A DNA stretch of 64,000 nucleotides from NCBI RefSeq assembly GCF_013315695.1, contig NZ_CP054353.1, one strand, 5' to 3'. The position numbers and the translations under genes were made by a program. The stretch is from Escherichia coli. Lineage in GTDB: Bacteria; Pseudomonadota; Gammaproteobacteria; Enterobacterales; Enterobacteriaceae. Shown here one piece after another: positions 41,671 to 53,691 of the stretch. The notes under the pieces were generated by a model, which was not told the DNA's origin, ran no database searches, and saw only the letters and a list, made by a program, of their open reading frames with translations. Within the stretch, counting starts at the first letter, position 1; each line of letters starts with the position of its first letter.

Positions 41671-42818
41671 TGACTGAACAGCGTCCATTAACGATTGCCC
41701 TGGTCGCCGGAGAAACCTCCGGCGATATCCTGGGGGCCGGTTTAATCCGTGCTCTGAAAGAACGTGTGCCCAATGCCCGCTTTGTTGGTGTTGCCGGGCC
41801 ACGAATGCAAGCCGAAGGCTGCGAAGCCTGGTACGAAATGGAAGAGCTGGCGGTGATGGGCATTGTTGAAGTGCTCGGGCGTCTGCGTCGCTTACTGCAT
41901 ATTCGTGCCGATCTGACAAAGCGTTTTGGCGAACTGAAGCCAGATGTTTTTGTCGGTATTGATGCGCCAGACTTCAATATTACTCTTGAAGGTAACCTCA
42001 AAAAGCAGGGTGTCAAAACCATTCATTACGTTAGTCCGTCCGTCTGGGCGTGGCGACAGAAACGCGTTTTCAAAATAGGCAGAGCCACCGATCTGGTGCT
42101 CGCATTTCTGCCTTTCGAAAAGGCGTTTTATGACAAATACAACGTACCGTGCCGCTTTATCGGTCATACCATGGCTGATGCCATGCCATTAGATCCAGAT
42201 AAAAATGGTGCCCGTGATGTGCTGGGTATCCCTTACGATGCCCACTGTCTGGCATTGTTGCCGGGCAGCCGTGGTGCAGAAGTCGAAATGCTTAGTGCCG
42301 ATTTCCTGAAAACGGCCCAGCTTTTGCGTCAGACATATCCCGATCTCGAGATCGTGGTGCCGCTGGTGAATGCCAAACGCCGCGAGCAGTTTGAGCGTAT
42401 CAAAGCTGAAGTCGCACCGGACCTTGCTGTTCATCTGCTGGATGGAATGGGCCGTGAGGCGATGGTCGCCAGTGATGCGGCGCTACTGGCGTCGGGTACG
42501 GCAGCCCTGGAGTGCATGCTGGCGAAATGCCCGATGGTGGTGGGATATCGCATGAAGCCTTTTACCTTCTGGCTGGCGAAGCGGCTGGTGAAAACCGAGT
42601 ATGTCTCGCTGCCAAATTTGCTGGCGGGCAGAGAGTTAGTCAAAGAGTTATTGCAGGAAGAGTGTGAGCCGCAAAAACTGGCTGCGGCGCTGTTACCGCT
42701 GTTGGCGAACGGGAAAACCAGTCACGCGATGCACGATACCTTCCGTGAACTGCATCAGCAGATCCGCTGCAATGCCGATGAGCAGGCGGCACAAGCCGTT
42801 CTGGAGTTAGCACAATGA
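41670..42818 (+). CDS. lpxB: Lipid-A-disaccharide synthase
   Basis: 382-aa [33 protein letters not shown]; ATG overlaps lpxA stop. Confidence 0.97.
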
Positions 42819-43411
42819 TCGAATTTGTTTATCCACACACGCAGCTGGTTGCGGGTGTGGATGAAGTTGGACGCGGGCCGTTGGTTGGCGCGGTGGTTAC
42901 CGCTGCTGTAATCCTTGACCCGGCGCGCCCAATTGCCGGGCTGAATGATTCCAAAAAGCTGAGCGAAAAACGCCGTCTGGCGCTCTGTGAAGAGATCAAA
43001 GAGAAAGCGTTGAGCTGGAGTCTGGGCCGCGCGGAACCTCACGAAATCGACGAACTGAATATTTTACATGCGACCATGCTGGCGATGCAGCGTGCCGTCG
43101 CTGGACTGCATATTGCGCCGGAATATGTGTTGATTGATGGTAACCGCTGCCCGAAATTACCGATGCCTTCGATGGCTGTGGTGAAAGGCGATAGCCGCGT
43201 ACCGGAAATCAGTGCCGCGTCTATCCTGGCGAAAGTGACGCGTGACGCCGAAATGGCGGCGCTGGATATTGTTTTCCCGCAATATGGTTTTGCCCAACAC
43301 AAAGGGTATCCAACCGCTTTTCATCTGGAAAAACTGGCTGAACACGGCGCGACCGAACACCATCGGCGCAGCTTTGGGCCTGTCAAACGCGCACTGGGAC
43401 TTGCGTCCTGA
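42815..43411 (+). CDS. rnhB: Ribonuclease HII
   Basis: 198-aa [31 protein letters not shown]; overlaps lpxB stop. Confidence 0.97.
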
Positions 43412-43447
43412 TTCTTGTGTCGAGATTAAGTAAACCGGAATCTGAAG

Positions 43448-46400
43448 ATGTCTGAACCACGTTTCGTACACCTGCGGGTGCACAGCGACTACTCGATGAT
43501 CGATGGCCTGGCCAAAACCGCACCGCTGGTAAAAAAGGCGGCGGCGTTGGGTATGCCAGCACTGGCGATCACCGATTTCACCAACCTTTGCGGTCTGGTG
43601 AAGTTCTACGGAGCGGGACATGGCGCAGGGATTAAGCCCATCGTCGGGGCGGATTTTAACGTCCAGTGCGACCTGCTGGGTGATGAGTTAACCCACCTGA
43701 CGGTGCTGGCGGCGAACAATACCGGCTATCAGAATCTGACGTTGCTGATCTCAAAAGCGTATCAGCGCGGGTACGGTGCCGCCGGGCCGATCATCGATCG
43801 CGACTGGCTTATCGAATTAAATGAAGGGTTGATCCTTCTTTCCGGCGGGCGCATGGGCGACGTTGGACGCAGTCTTTTGCGTGGTAACAGCGCGCTGGTA
43901 GATGAGTGTGTCGCGTTTTATGAAGAACACTTCCCGGATCGCTATTTTCTCGAGCTGATCCGCACCGGCAGGCCGGACGAAGAAAGCTATCTGCACGCGG
44001 CGGTGGAACTGGCGGAAGCGCGCGGTCTACCCGTCGTGGCGACCAACGACGTGCGCTTTATCGACAGCAGCGACTTTGACGCACACGAAATCCGCGTCGC
44101 GATCCACGACGGCTTTACCCTCGACGATCCTAAACGCCCGCGTAACTATTCGCCGCAACAATATATGCGTAGCGAAGAGGAGATGTGTGAGCTGTTTGCC
44201 GACATCCCCGAAGCCCTTGCCAACACCGTTGAGATCGCCAAACGCTGTAACGTGACCGTGCGCCTTGGTGAATACTTCCTGCCGCAGTTCCCGACCGGGG
44301 ACATGAGCACCGAAGATTATCTGGTCAAGCGTGCAAAAGAAGGCCTGGAAGAGCGTCTGGCCTTTTTATTCCCTGACGAGGAAGAACGTGTTAAGCGCCG
44401 CCCGGAATATGACGAACGTCTGGAGACTGAACTTCAGGTTATCAACCAGATGGGCTTCCCGGGCTACTTCCTCATCGTTATGGAATTTATCCAGTGGTCG
44501 AAAGATAACGGCGTACCGGTAGGGCCAGGCCGTGGCTCCGGTGCGGGTTCACTGGTGGCCTACGCGCTGAAAATCACCGACCTCGATCCGCTGGAATTTG
44601 ACCTGCTGTTCGAACGTTTCCTTAACCCGGAACGTGTCTCCATGCCTGACTTCGACGTTGACTTCTGTATGGAGAAACGCGACCAGGTTATCGAGCACGT
44701 AGCGGACATGTACGGTCGTGATGCGGTATCGCAGATTATCACCTTCGGTACGATGGCGGCGAAAGCGGTGATCCGCGACGTAGGCCGCGTGCTGGGGCAT
44801 CCGTACGGCTTTGTCGACCGTATCTCGAAACTGATCCCGCCCGATCCGGGGATGACGCTGGCGAAAGCGTTTGAAGCCGAGCCGCAGCTGCCGGAAATCT
44901 ACGAAGCGGATGAAGAAGTTAAGGCGCTGATCGACATGGCGCGCAAACTGGAAGGGGTCACCCGTAACGCCGGTAAGCACGCCGGTGGGGTGGTTATCGC
45001 GCCGACCAAAATTACTGATTTTGCGCCGCTTTATTGCGATGAAGAGGGCAAACATCCGGTCACCCAGTTTGATAAAAGCGACGTTGAATACGCCGGGCTG
45101 GTGAAGTTCGACTTCCTCGGTTTGCGTACGCTCACCATCATCAACTGGGCGCTGGAGATGATCAACAAGCGGCGGGCGAAGAATGGCGAGCCGCCTCTGG
45201 ATATCGCCGCGATCCCGCTGGATGACAAGAAAAGCTTCGACATGCTGCAACGCTCGGAAACCACGGCGGTATTCCAGCTTGAATCGCGCGGCATGAAGGA
45301 CCTGATCAAGCGTCTGCAACCTGACTGCTTCGAAGATATGATCGCACTGGTGGCACTGTTTCGCCCCGGTCCGTTGCAATCAGGGATGGTGGATAACTTT
45401 ATCGACCGTAAACATGGTCGCGAAGAGATCTCCTATCCGGACGTGCAGTGGCAGCATGAAAGCCTGAAACCGGTACTGGAGCCAACCTACGGCATCATCC
45501 TGTATCAGGAACAGGTCATGCAGATTGCCCAGGTGCTTTCTGGTTATACCCTCGGTGGCGCGGATATGCTGCGTCGTGCGATGGGTAAGAAAAAGCCGGA
45601 AGAGATGGCTAAGCAGCGTTCTGTATTTGCTGAAGGTGCAGAAAAGAACGGAATCAACGCCGAACTGGCGATGAAAATCTTCGACCTGGTGGAGAAATTC
45701 GCGGGTTACGGATTTAACAAATCGCACTCTGCGGCCTATGCTTTGGTGTCATATCAAACGTTATGGCTGAAAGCGCACTATCCGGCGGAGTTTATGGCGG
45801 CGGTAATGACCGCCGATATGGACAATACCGAGAAGGTGGTGGGCCTGGTGGATGAGTGCTGGCGGATGGGGCTGAAAATCCTACCGCCGGATATAAACTC
45901 CGGTCTTTACCATTTCCACGTCAACGACGACGGCGAAATCGTGTATGGTATTGGCGCGATCAAAGGGGTAGGTGAAGGTCCGATTGAGGCGATCATTGAA
46001 GCCCGTAATAAAGGCGGCTATTTCCGTGAATTGTTTGATCTCTGCGCCCGTACAGACACCAAAAAGTTAAACCGGCGAGTGCTGGAAAAACTGATCATGT
46101 CCGGGGCGTTTGACCGTCTTGGGCCACACCGCGCGGCGCTGATGAACTCGCTGGGCGATGCGTTAAAGGCGGCTGATCAACACGCGAAAGCAGAAGCCAT
46201 CGGTCAGGCCGATATGTTCGGCGTGCTGGCAGAAGAGCCGGAACAAATTGAACAATCCTACGCCAGTTGCCAACCGTGGCCGGAGCAGGTGGTATTAGAT
46301 GGGGAACGTGAAACGTTAGGTCTGTACCTGACGGGACACCCTATCAACCAGTATTTAAAAGAGATTGAGCGTTATGTCGGAGGCGTAAGGCTGAAAGACA

Positions 46401-46930
46401 TGCACCCGACAGAACGTGGTAAAGTCATCACGGCTGCGGGGCTCGTTGTTGCCGCGCGGGTTATGGTCACCAAGCGCGGCAATCGTATCGGTATCTGCAC
46501 GCTGGATGACCGTTCCGGGCGGCTGGAAGTGATGTTGTTTACTGACGCCCTGGATAAATACCAGCAATTGCTGGAAAAAGACCGCATACTTATCGTCAGC
46601 GGACAGGTCAGCTTTGATGACTTCAGCGGTGGGCTTAAAATGACCGCTCGCGAAGTGATGGATATTGACGAAGCCCGGGAAAAATATGCTCGCGGGCTTG
46701 CTATCTCGCTGACGGACAGGCAAATTGATGACCAGCTTTTAAACCGACTCCGTCAGTCTCTGGAACCCCACCGCTCTGGGACAATTCCAGTACATCTCTA
46801 CTATCAGAGGGCGGATGCACGCGCGCGGTTGCGTTTTGGCGCGACGTGGCGTGTCTCTCCGAGCGATCGTTTATTAAACGATCTCCGTGGCCTCATTGGT
46901 TCGGAGCAGGTGGAACTGGAGTTTGACTAA
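43448..46930 (+). CDS. dnaE: DNA polymerase III alpha subunit
   Basis: 1160-aa [29 protein letters not shown] (PHP domain) ... Confidence 0.98.
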   Translation: MSEPRFVHLRVHSDYSMIDGLAKTAPLVKKAAALGMPALAITDFTNLCGLVKFYGAGHGAGIKPIVGADFNVQCDLLGDELTHLTVLAANNTGYQNLTLLISKAYQRGYGAAGPIIDRDWLIELNEGLILLSGGRMGDVGRSLLRGNSALVDECVAFYEEHFPDRYFLELIRTGRPDEESYLHAAVELAEARGLPVVATNDVRFIDSSDFDAHEIRVAIHDGFTLDDPKRPRNYSPQQYMRSEEEMCELFADIPEALANTVEIAKRCNVTVRLGEYFLPQFPTGDMSTEDYLVKRAKEGLEERLAFLFPDEEERVKRRPEYDERLETELQVINQMGFPGYFLIVMEFIQWSKDNGVPVGPGRGSGAGSLVAYALKITDLDPLEFDLLFERFLNPERVSMPDFDVDFCMEKRDQVIEHVADMYGRDAVSQIITFGTMAAKAVIRDVGRVLGHPYGFVDRISKLIPPDPGMTLAKAFEAEPQLPEIYEADEEVKALIDMARKLEGVTRNAGKHAGGVVIAPTKITDFAPLYCDEEGKHPVTQFDKSDVEYAGLVKFDFLGLRTLTIINWALEMINKRRAKNGEPPLDIAAIPLDDKKSFDMLQRSETTAVFQLESRGMKDLIKRLQPDCFEDMIALVALFRPGPLQSGMVDNFIDRKHGREEISYPDVQWQHESLKPVLEPTYGIILYQEQVMQIAQVLSGYTLGGADMLRRAMGKKKPEEMAKQRSVFAEGAEKNGINAELAMKIFDLVEKFAGYGFNKSHSAAYALVSYQTLWLKAHYPAEFMAAVMTADMDNTEKVVGLVDECWRMGLKILPPDINSGLYHFHVNDDGEIVYGIGAIKGVGEGPIEAIIEARNKGGYFRELFDLCARTDTKKLNRRVLEKLIMSGAFDRLGPHRAALMNSLGDALKAADQHAKAEAIGQADMFGVLAEEPEQIEQSYASCQPWPEQVVLDGERETLGLYLTGHPINQYLKEIERYVGGVRLKDMHPTERGKVITAAGLVVAARVMVTKRGNRIGICTLDDRSGRLEVMLFTDALDKYQQLLEKDRILIVSGQVSFDDFSGGLKMTAREVMDIDEAREKYARGLAISLTDRQIDDQLLNRLRQSLEPHRSGTIPVHLYYQRADARARLRFGATWRVSPSDRLLNDLRGLIGSEQVELEFD

Positions 46931-46942
46931 TACAGGAATACT

Positions 46943-47902
46943 ATGAGTCTGAATTTCCTTGATTTTGAACAGCCGATTGCAGAGCTGGAAGCGAAAATCG
47001 ATTCTCTGACTGCGGTTAGCCGTCAGGATGAGAAACTGGATATTAACATCGATGAAGAAGTGCATCGTCTGCGTGAAAAAAGCGTAGAACTGACGCGTAA
47101 AATCTTCGCCGATCTCGGTGCATGGCAGATTGCGCAACTGGCACGCCATCCACAGCGTCCTTATACCCTGGATTACGTTCGCCTGGCATTTGATGAATTT
47201 GACGAACTGGCTGGCGACCGCGCGTATGCAGACGATAAAGCTATCGTCGGTGGCATCGCCCGTCTCGATGGTCGTCCGGTGATGATCATTGGTCATCAAA
47301 AAGGTCGTGAAACCAAAGAAAAAATTCGCCGTAACTTTGGTATGCCAGCGCCAGAAGGTTACCGCAAAGCACTGCGTCTGATGCAAATGGCTGAACGCTT
47401 TAAGATGCCAATCATCACCTTTATCGACACCCCGGGGGCTTATCCGGGCGTGGGCGCAGAAGAACGCGGTCAGTCTGAAGCCATTGCACGCAACCTGCGT
47501 GAAATGTCTCGCCTTAGCGTACCGACTATTTGTACCGTTATCGGTGAAGGTGGTTCTGGCGGCGCGCTGGCGATTGGCGTGGGCGATAAAGTGAATATGC
47601 TGCAATACAGCACCTATTCCGTTATCTCGCCGGAAGGTTGTGCGTCCATTCTGTGGAAGAGCGCCGACAAAGCGCCGCTGGCGGCTGAAGCGATGGGTAT
47701 CATCGCTCCGCGTCTGAAAGAGCTGAAACTGATCGACTCCATCATCCCGGAACCGCTGGGCGGCGCTCATCGTAACCCGGAAGCGATGGCGGCATCGTTG
47801 AAAGCGCAACTGCTGGCGGATCTGGCCGATCTCGACGTGTTAAGCACTGAAGATTTAAAAAATCGTCGTTATCAGCGCCTGATGAGCTACGGTTACGCGT
47901 AA
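46943..47902 (+). CDS. accA: Acetyl-CoA carboxylase carboxyltransferase alpha subunit
   Basis: 319-aa [28 protein letters not shown]... ending LMSYGYA. Confidence 0.97.
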
Positions 47903-47927
47903 TTCGCAAAAGTTCTGAAAAAGGGTC

Positions 47928-47938
47928 ACTTCGGTGGT
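47928..47938. repeat. Left copy of 11-bp target-site duplication CACTTCGGTGG flanking IS4
   Basis: Identical 11-mer directly abuts both ends of the IS4 element. Confidence 0.8.
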
Positions 47939-47988
47939 AATGCCGATCAGTTAAGGATCAGTTGACCGATCCAGTGGCTGTGTAAGAA

Positions 47989-48022
47989 TCCGGAAACGCT
48001 CACTTGTTTCCGGATTTTTTTA
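47989..48022 (+). terminator. IS4-internal hairpin + T-tract immediately upstream of the transposase ATG
   Basis: ATCCGGAAAC-gctcactt-GTTTCCGGAT followed by TTTTTTT, ending at the insG start codon. Confidence 0.55.
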
Positions 48023-49350
48023 TGCACATTGGACAGGCTCTTGATCTGGTATCCCGTTACGATTCTCTGCGTAACCCACTGACTTCTCTGGGGGATTACC
48101 TCGACCCCGAACTCATCTCTCGTTGCCTTGCCGAATCAGGTACTGTAACGCTACGCAAGCGCCGTCTTCCCCTCGAAATGATGGTCTGGTGTATTGTTGG
48201 CATGGCGCTTGAGCGTAAAGAACCTCTTCACCAGATTGTGAATCGCCTGGACATCATGCTGCCGGGCAATCGCCCCTTCGTTGCCCCCAGTGCCGTTATT
48301 CAGGCCCGCCAGCGCCTGGGAAGTGAGGCTGTCCGCCGCGTGTTCACGAAAACAGCGCAGCTCTGGCATAACGCCACGCCGCATCCGCACTGGTGCGGCC
48401 TGACCCTGCTGGCCATCGATGGTGTGTTCTGGCGCACACCGGATACACCAGAGAACGATGCAGCCTTCCCCCGCCAGACACATGCCGGGAACCCGGCGCT
48501 CTACCCGCAGGTCAAAATGGTCTGCCAGATGGAACTGACCAGCCATCTGCTGACGGCTGCAGCCTTCGGCACGATGAAGAACAGCGAAAATGAGCTTGCT
48601 GAGCAACTTATAGAACAAACCGGCGATAACACTCTGACGTTAATGGATAAAGGTTATTACTCACTGGGACTGTTAAATGCCTGGAGCCTGGCGGGAGAAC
48701 ACCGCCACTGGATGATACCTCTCAGAAAGGGAGCGCAATATGAAGAGATCAGAAAACTGGGTAAAGGCGATCATCTGGTGAAGCTGAAAACCAGCCCGCA
48801 GGCACGAAAAAAGTGGCCGGGACTGGGAAATGAAGTGACAGCCCGCCTGCTGACCGTGACGCGCAAAGGAAAAGTCTGCCATCTGCTGACGTCGATGACG
48901 GACGCCATGCGCTTCCCCGGAGGAGAAATGGCGGATCTGTACAGTCATCGCTGGGAAATCGAACTGGGATACAGGGAGATAAAACAGACGATGCAACTGA
49001 GCAGGCTGACGCTGAGAAGTAAAAAACCGGAGCTTGTGGAGCAAGAGCTGTGGGGTGTCTTACTGGCTTATAATCTGGTGAGATATCAGATGATTAAAAT
49101 GGCGGAACATCTGAAAGGTTACTGGCCGAATCAACTGAGTTTCTCAGAATCATGCGGAATGGTGATGAGAATGCTGATGACATTGCAGGGCGCTTCACCG
49201 GGACGTATACCGGAGCTGATGCGCGATCTTGCAAGTATGGGACAACTTGTGAAATTACCGACAAGAAGGGAAAGGGCCTTCCCGAGAGTGGTAAAGGAGA
49301 GGCCCTGGAAATACCCCACAGCCCCGAAAAAGAGCCAGTCAGTTGCTTAA
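48022..49350 (+). CDS. insG: IS4 transposase (DDE family)
   Basis: Track ORF 48004-49350; start trimmed to [27 protein letters not shown]; 442 aa; matches my recollection of IS4 InsG. Confidence 0.92.
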   Translation: MHIGQALDLVSRYDSLRNPLTSLGDYLDPELISRCLAESGTVTLRKRRLPLEMMVWCIVGMALERKEPLHQIVNRLDIMLPGNRPFVAPSAVIQARQRLGSEAVRRVFTKTAQLWHNATPHPHWCGLTLLAIDGVFWRTPDTPENDAAFPRQTHAGNPALYPQVKMVCQMELTSHLLTAAAFGTMKNSENELAEQLIEQTGDNTLTLMDKGYYSLGLLNAWSLAGEHRHWMIPLRKGAQYEEIRKLGKGDHLVKLKTSPQARKKWPGLGNEVTARLLTVTRKGKVCHLLTSMTDAMRFPGGEMADLYSHRWEIELGYREIKQTMQLSRLTLRSKKPELVEQELWGVLLAYNLVRYQMIKMAEHLKGYWPNQLSFSESCGMVMRMLMTLQGASPGRIPELMRDLASMGQLVKLPTRRERAFPRVVKERPWKYPTAPKKSQSVA

Positions 49351-49364
49351 CTGACTGGCATTAC

Positions 49365-49375
49365 ACTTCGGTGGC
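49365..49375. repeat. Right copy of 11-bp target-site duplication CACTTCGGTGG flanking IS4
   Basis: Identical to 47928-47938; followed by CCCTTTTTT, the 3' half and U-tract of the split accA terminator. Confidence 0.8.
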
Positions 49376-49437
49376 CCTTTTTTATCGCCACGGTTTGAGC
49401 AGGCTATGATTAAGGAAGGATTTTCCAGGAGGAACAC

Positions 49438-51579
49438 ATGAACATCATTGCCATTATGGGACCGCATGGCGTCTTTTATAAAGATGAGCCCATCAAAGAA
49501 CTGGAGTCGGCGCTGGTGGCGCAAGGCTTTCAGATTATCTGGCCACAAAACAGCGTTGATTTGCTGAAATTTATCGAACATAACCCTCGAATTTGCGGCG
49601 TGATTTTTGACTGGGATGAGTACAGTCTCGATTTATGTAGCGATATCAATCAGCTTAATGAATATCTCCCGCTATATGCCTTCATCAACACCCACTCGAC
49701 GATGGATGTCAGCGTGCAGGATATGCGGATGGCGCTCTGGTTTTTTGAATATGCGCTGGGGCAGGCGGAAGATATCGCCATTCGTATGCGTCAGTACACC
49801 AACGAATATCTTGATAACATTACACCGCCGTTCACGAAAGCCTTGTTTACCTACGTCAAAGAGCGGAAGTACACCTTTTGTACGCCGGGTCATATGGGCG
49901 GCACCGCATATCAAAAAAGCCCGGTTGGCTGTCTGTTTTATGATTTTTTCGGCGGGAATACTCTTAAGGCTGATGTCTCTATTTCGGTTACCGAGCTTGG
50001 TTCGTTGCTCGACCACACCGGGCCACACCTGGAAGCGGAAGAGTACATCGCGCGGACTTTTGGCGCGGAACAGAGTTATATCGTTACCAACGGAACATCG
50101 ACGTCGAACAAAATTGTGGGTATGTACGCCGCGCCATCCGGCAGTACGCTGTTGATCGACCGCAATTGTCATAAATCGCTGGCGCATCTGTTAATGATGA
50201 ACGATGTAGTGCCAGTCTGGCTGAAACCGACGCGTAATGCGTTGGGGATTCTTGGTGGGATCCCGCGCCGTGAATTTACTCGCGACAGCATCGAAGAGAA
50301 AGTCGCTGCTACCACGCAAGCACAATGGCCGGTTCATGCGGTGATTACCAACTCCACCTATGATGGCTTGCTCTACAACACCGACTGGATCAAACAGACG
50401 CTGGATGTCCCGTCGATTCACTTCGATTCTGCCTGGGTGCCGTACACCCATTTTCATCCGATCTACCAGGGTAAAAGTGGTATGAGCGGCGAGCGTGTTG
50501 CGGGAAAAGTGATCTTCGAAACGCAATCGACCCACAAAATGCTGGCGGCGTTATCGCAGGCTTCGCTGATCCACATTAAAGGCGAGTATGACGAAGAGGC
50601 GTTTAACGAAGCCTTTATGATGCATACCACCACCTCGCCCAGTTATCCCATTGTTGCTTCGGTTGAGACGGCGGCGGCGATGCTGCGTGGTAATCCGGGC
50701 AAACGGCTGATTAACCGTTCGGTGGAGCGGGCGCTGCATTTTCGCAAAGAGGTCCAGCGGCTGCGGGAAGAGTCTGACGGTTGGTTTTTCGATATCTGGC
50801 AACCGCCGCAGGTGGATGAAGCCGAATGCTGGCCCGTTGCGCCTGGCGAACAGTGGCACGGCTTTAACGATGCGGATGCCGATCATATGTTTCTCGATCC
50901 GGTTAAAGTCACTATTTTGACACCGGGGATGGACGAGCAGGGCAATATGAGCGAGGAGGGGATCCCGGCGGCGCTGGTGGCAAAATTCCTCGACGAACGT
51001 GGGATCGTAGTAGAGAAAACCGGCCCTTATAACCTGCTGTTTCTCTTTAGTATTGGCATCGATAAAACCAAAGCAATGGGATTATTGCGTGGGTTGACGG
51101 AATTTAAGCGCTCTTACGATCTCAACCTGCGGATCAAAAATATGCTGCCCGATCTCTATGCAGAAGATCCCGATTTCTACCGCAGTATGCGTATTCAGGA
51201 TCTGGCGCAAGGGATCCATAAGCTGATTCGTAAACACGATCTTCCCGGTTTGATGTTGCGGGCATTTGATACCTTGCCGGAGATGATCATGACGCCACAT
51301 CAGGCATGGCAGAGACAGATTAAAGGTGAAGTAGAAACCATTGCGCTGGAACAACTGGTCGGTAGAGTATCGGCAAATATGATCCTGCCTTATCCACCCG
51401 GCGTACCGCTGTTGATGCCTGGAGAAATGCTGACCGAAGAGAGCCGCACGGTACTCGATTTTCTACTGATGCTTTGTTCCGTAGGGCAACATTACCCCGG
51501 TTTTGAAACGGATATTCACGGCGCGAAACAGGACGAAGACGGCATTTACCGCGTACGAGTCCTAAAAATGGCGGGATAA
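49438..51579 (+). CDS. ldcC: Constitutive lysine decarboxylase
   Basis: 713-aa ORF MNIIAIMGPHGVFYKDEPIKELESAL...; preceded by AGGAGG. Confidence 0.96.
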   Translation: MNIIAIMGPHGVFYKDEPIKELESALVAQGFQIIWPQNSVDLLKFIEHNPRICGVIFDWDEYSLDLCSDINQLNEYLPLYAFINTHSTMDVSVQDMRMALWFFEYALGQAEDIAIRMRQYTNEYLDNITPPFTKALFTYVKERKYTFCTPGHMGGTAYQKSPVGCLFYDFFGGNTLKADVSISVTELGSLLDHTGPHLEAEEYIARTFGAEQSYIVTNGTSTSNKIVGMYAAPSGSTLLIDRNCHKSLAHLLMMNDVVPVWLKPTRNALGILGGIPRREFTRDSIEEKVAATTQAQWPVHAVITNSTYDGLLYNTDWIKQTLDVPSIHFDSAWVPYTHFHPIYQGKSGMSGERVAGKVIFETQSTHKMLAALSQASLIHIKGEYDEEAFNEAFMMHTTTSPSYPIVASVETAAAMLRGNPGKRLINRSVERALHFRKEVQRLREESDGWFFDIWQPPQVDEAECWPVAPGEQWHGFNDADADHMFLDPVKVTILTPGMDEQGNMSEEGIPAALVAKFLDERGIVVEKTGPYNLLFLFSIGIDKTKAMGLLRGLTEFKRSYDLNLRIKNMLPDLYAEDPDFYRSMRIQDLAQGIHKLIRKHDLPGLMLRAFDTLPEMIMTPHQAWQRQIKGEVETIALEQLVGRVSANMILPYPPGVPLLMPGEMLTEESRTVLDFLLMLCSVGQHYPGFETDIHGAKQDEDGIYRVRVLKMAG

Positions 51580-51635
51580 CTTGCCAGAGCGGCTTCCGGG
51601 CGAGTAACGTGCTGTTAACAAATAAAGGAGACGTT

Positions 51636-52025
51636 ATGCTGGGTTTAAAACAGGTTCACCATATTGCGATTATTGCGACGGATTATGCGGTGAGCAAAGC
51701 GTTTTACTGCGATATTCTTGGTTTCACGCTGCAAAGCGAAGTCTATCGCGAAGCGCGCGATTCGTGGAAAGGGGATTTGGCGCTTAATGGGCAATATGTG
51801 ATTGAGCTTTTCTCATTTCCGTTCCCGCCGGAGCGCCCCAGCCGACCGGAAGCTTGCGGCCTGCGTCATCTGGCTTTTAGCGTTGATGATATCGATGCGG
51901 CAGTGGCGTACCTTGAAAGCCATAACGTGAAGTGTGAAGCCATCCGTGTCGATCCCTACACGCAAAAACGCTTCACGTTCTTTAACGATCCGGACGGACT
52001 GCCGTTGGAACTGTATGAGCAGTAA
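51636..52025 (+). CDS. yaeR: Glyoxalase/VOC-family protein YaeR
   Basis: Track ORF 51609-52025; start trimmed to MLGLKQVHHIAIIATDYAVSKAF. Confidence 0.9.
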   Translation: MLGLKQVHHIAIIATDYAVSKAFYCDILGFTLQSEVYREARDSWKGDLALNGQYVIELFSFPFPPERPSRPEACGLRHLAFSVDDIDAAVAYLESHNVKCEAIRVDPYTQKRFTFFNDPDGLPLELYEQ

Positions 52026-52089
52026 GGCTTGTCATCGCCATATTTGCCCGGTAACGTGCCGGGCATTGCTACTGTAAAATCGCATCATC

Positions 52090-53403
52090 ATGACACTCAC
52101 GCTCAATAGACAACTTCTCTCCTCACGCCAGATTCTGGTGGCCTTTAGCGGCGGGCTTGACTCCACCGTTCTGCTGCATCAGTTGGTGCAGTGGCGGACG
52201 GAAAATCCGGGCGTCACTCTACGCGCTATCCATGTGCATCACGGTTTAAGTGCCAATGCCGATGCCTGGGTTACGCATTGCGAAAACATCTGCCAACAGT
52301 TGCAGGTGCCGCTGGTGGTCGAGCGCGTGCAACTTGCGCAAGAAGGACTGGGCATTGAGGCCCAGGCGCGGCAGGTGCGTTATCAGGCATTTGCTCGTAC
52401 CCTGTTACCCGGTGAAGTGCTGGTCACCGCGCAACATCTCGACGATCAATGTGAAACCTTTCTGCTGGCGCTAAAACGCGGTAGCGGCCCTGCCGGGCTT
52501 TCGGCTATGGGGGAAGTTTCGGAGTTTGCCGGAACACAGCTTATCCGCCCGTTGCTCGCCCGCACGCGGGGGGAACTGGAGCAGTGGGCATTGGCGCATG
52601 GTTTACGCTGGATTGAAGACGAAAGTAATCAGGACGACTCATACGATCGTAACTTTCTGCGCCTGCGCGTAGTGCCGTTATTGCAGCAGCGTTGGCCGCA
52701 TTTTGCCGAAGCAACGGCCCGCAGCGCTGCACTTTGTGCTGAGCAAGAGAGCCTGCTGGATGAACTGCTGGCAGATGATTTAGCACACTGCCAAACGCCG
52801 CAGGGGACGCTGCAGATTGCGCCAATGCTGGCGATGAGTGATGCCCGTCGCGCGGCGATTATCCGCCGCTGGCTGGCAGGGCAGAATGCACCGATGCCTT
52901 CCCGCGACGCGTTGGTGCGGATCTGGCAGGAAGTGGCGCTGGCGCGAGAAGATGCTTCCCCCTGTTTACGTTTGGGGGCGTTTGAAATCCGCCGCTATCA
53001 ATCGCAACTGTGGTGGATTAAATCCGTCACTGGGCAAAGCGAAACCATTCTGCCGTGGCAGACGTGGCTACAACCGCTGGAATTACCGGCGGCGCTGGGA
53101 AGTGTACAGCTTACTGCAGGAGGCGATATTCGCCCTCCGCGTGCAGACGAAGCGGTCAGCGTGCGTTTCAAAGCGCCTGGATTGCTACATATTGTCGGGC
53201 GCAATGGTGGGCGTAAGTTAAAGAAAATCTGGCAAGAGTTAGGCGTTCCGCCGTGGCTACGTGACACCACGCCACTGCTGTTTTATGGCGAAACGCTGAT
53301 TGCGGCGGCAGGGGTATTTGTGACGCAAGAAGGTGTGGCTGAAGGTGAGAATGGCATAAGTTTTGTCTGGCAGAAAACGCTTAGTCAAGTGAAAGCCGGA
53401 TAA
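52090..53403 (+). CDS. tilS: tRNA(Ile)-lysidine synthetase
   Basis: 437-aa [32 protein letters not shown] (PP-loop SGGLDS). Confidence 0.95.
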   Translation: MTLTLNRQLLSSRQILVAFSGGLDSTVLLHQLVQWRTENPGVTLRAIHVHHGLSANADAWVTHCENICQQLQVPLVVERVQLAQEGLGIEAQARQVRYQAFARTLLPGEVLVTAQHLDDQCETFLLALKRGSGPAGLSAMGEVSEFAGTQLIRPLLARTRGELEQWALAHGLRWIEDESNQDDSYDRNFLRLRVVPLLQQRWPHFAEATARSAALCAEQESLLDELLADDLAHCQTPQGTLQIAPMLAMSDARRAAIIRRWLAGQNAPMPSRDALVRIWQEVALAREDASPCLRLGAFEIRRYQSQLWWIKSVTGQSETILPWQTWLQPLELPAALGSVQLTAGGDIRPPRADEAVSVRFKAPGLLHIVGRNGGRKLKKIWQELGVPPWLRDTTPLLFYGETLIAAAGVFVTQEGVAEGENGISFVWQKTLSQVKAG

Positions 53404-53436
53404 GACGCATCAAACGTCGCATCCGGCGAAAGTCAA

Positions 53437-53691
53437 TCAGGACTCGCTCACCACCACCGTACCGATTTCCGGGTGGCTAAAGCTGGTAATTTTATCCAGA
53501 CGCAGCTCGCGGGTTGTACCAGCGGCCTCGACGACCAGATACTCCACATTTTTGCGGGAGACTAAATTGCTGGCCTTCGCCTGCAATTTTTCGCCATCTT
53601 TCAGCTCAAGTGTCAGCATTAAATGATGCTGGCAGGCGAGCTCAAGATTATCGTAATCATCACAATTGATTGGTTGATACGTATCATTCAT
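53437..53691 (-). CDS. rof: Rho-specific inhibitor of transcription termination Rof
   Basis: Track ORF 53437-53697 (MSMNDTYQ...); start trimmed to [23 protein letters not shown] (84 aa). Confidence 0.9.

Larger units (their letters stand above)
47939..49364 (+). mobile_element. IS4: Insertion sequence IS4 (1426 bp, complete)
   Basis: Terminal imperfect inverted repeats TAATGCCGATCAGTTAAG (left) and CTTAACTGACTGGCATTA (right; 16/18 complementary); encodes a 442-aa IS4-family transposase; flanked by an 11-bp direct repeat; length and IR pattern match my recollection of IS4. Confidence 0.9.

Noticed and set aside
44549-47809. Antisense ORFs of 276 aa (44549-45379) and 311 aa (46874-47809) inside dnaE and accA, plus similar frames opposite dapD (23866-24525), lpxA (40492-41178), proS (56774-58156) and ldcC (49607-50187)
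   Set aside because: All are fully embedded in well-supported housekeeping genes on the opposite strand. Their peptides are Arg/His/Gln-rich with no recognisable domains, so they are treated as shadow ORFs.
47870-48025. Apparent 1-nt discrepancy between my hand count and the ORF track at the accA 3' end and IS4 transposase start, which could be read as a frameshift
   Set aside because: The supplied track gives an intact 319-aa AccA ending LMSYGYA and an in-frame 442-aa transposase. The discrepancy is most likely my miscounting of a homopolymer, so no frameshift is claimed and nearby hand-derived coordinates carry +/-1-2 nt uncertainty.
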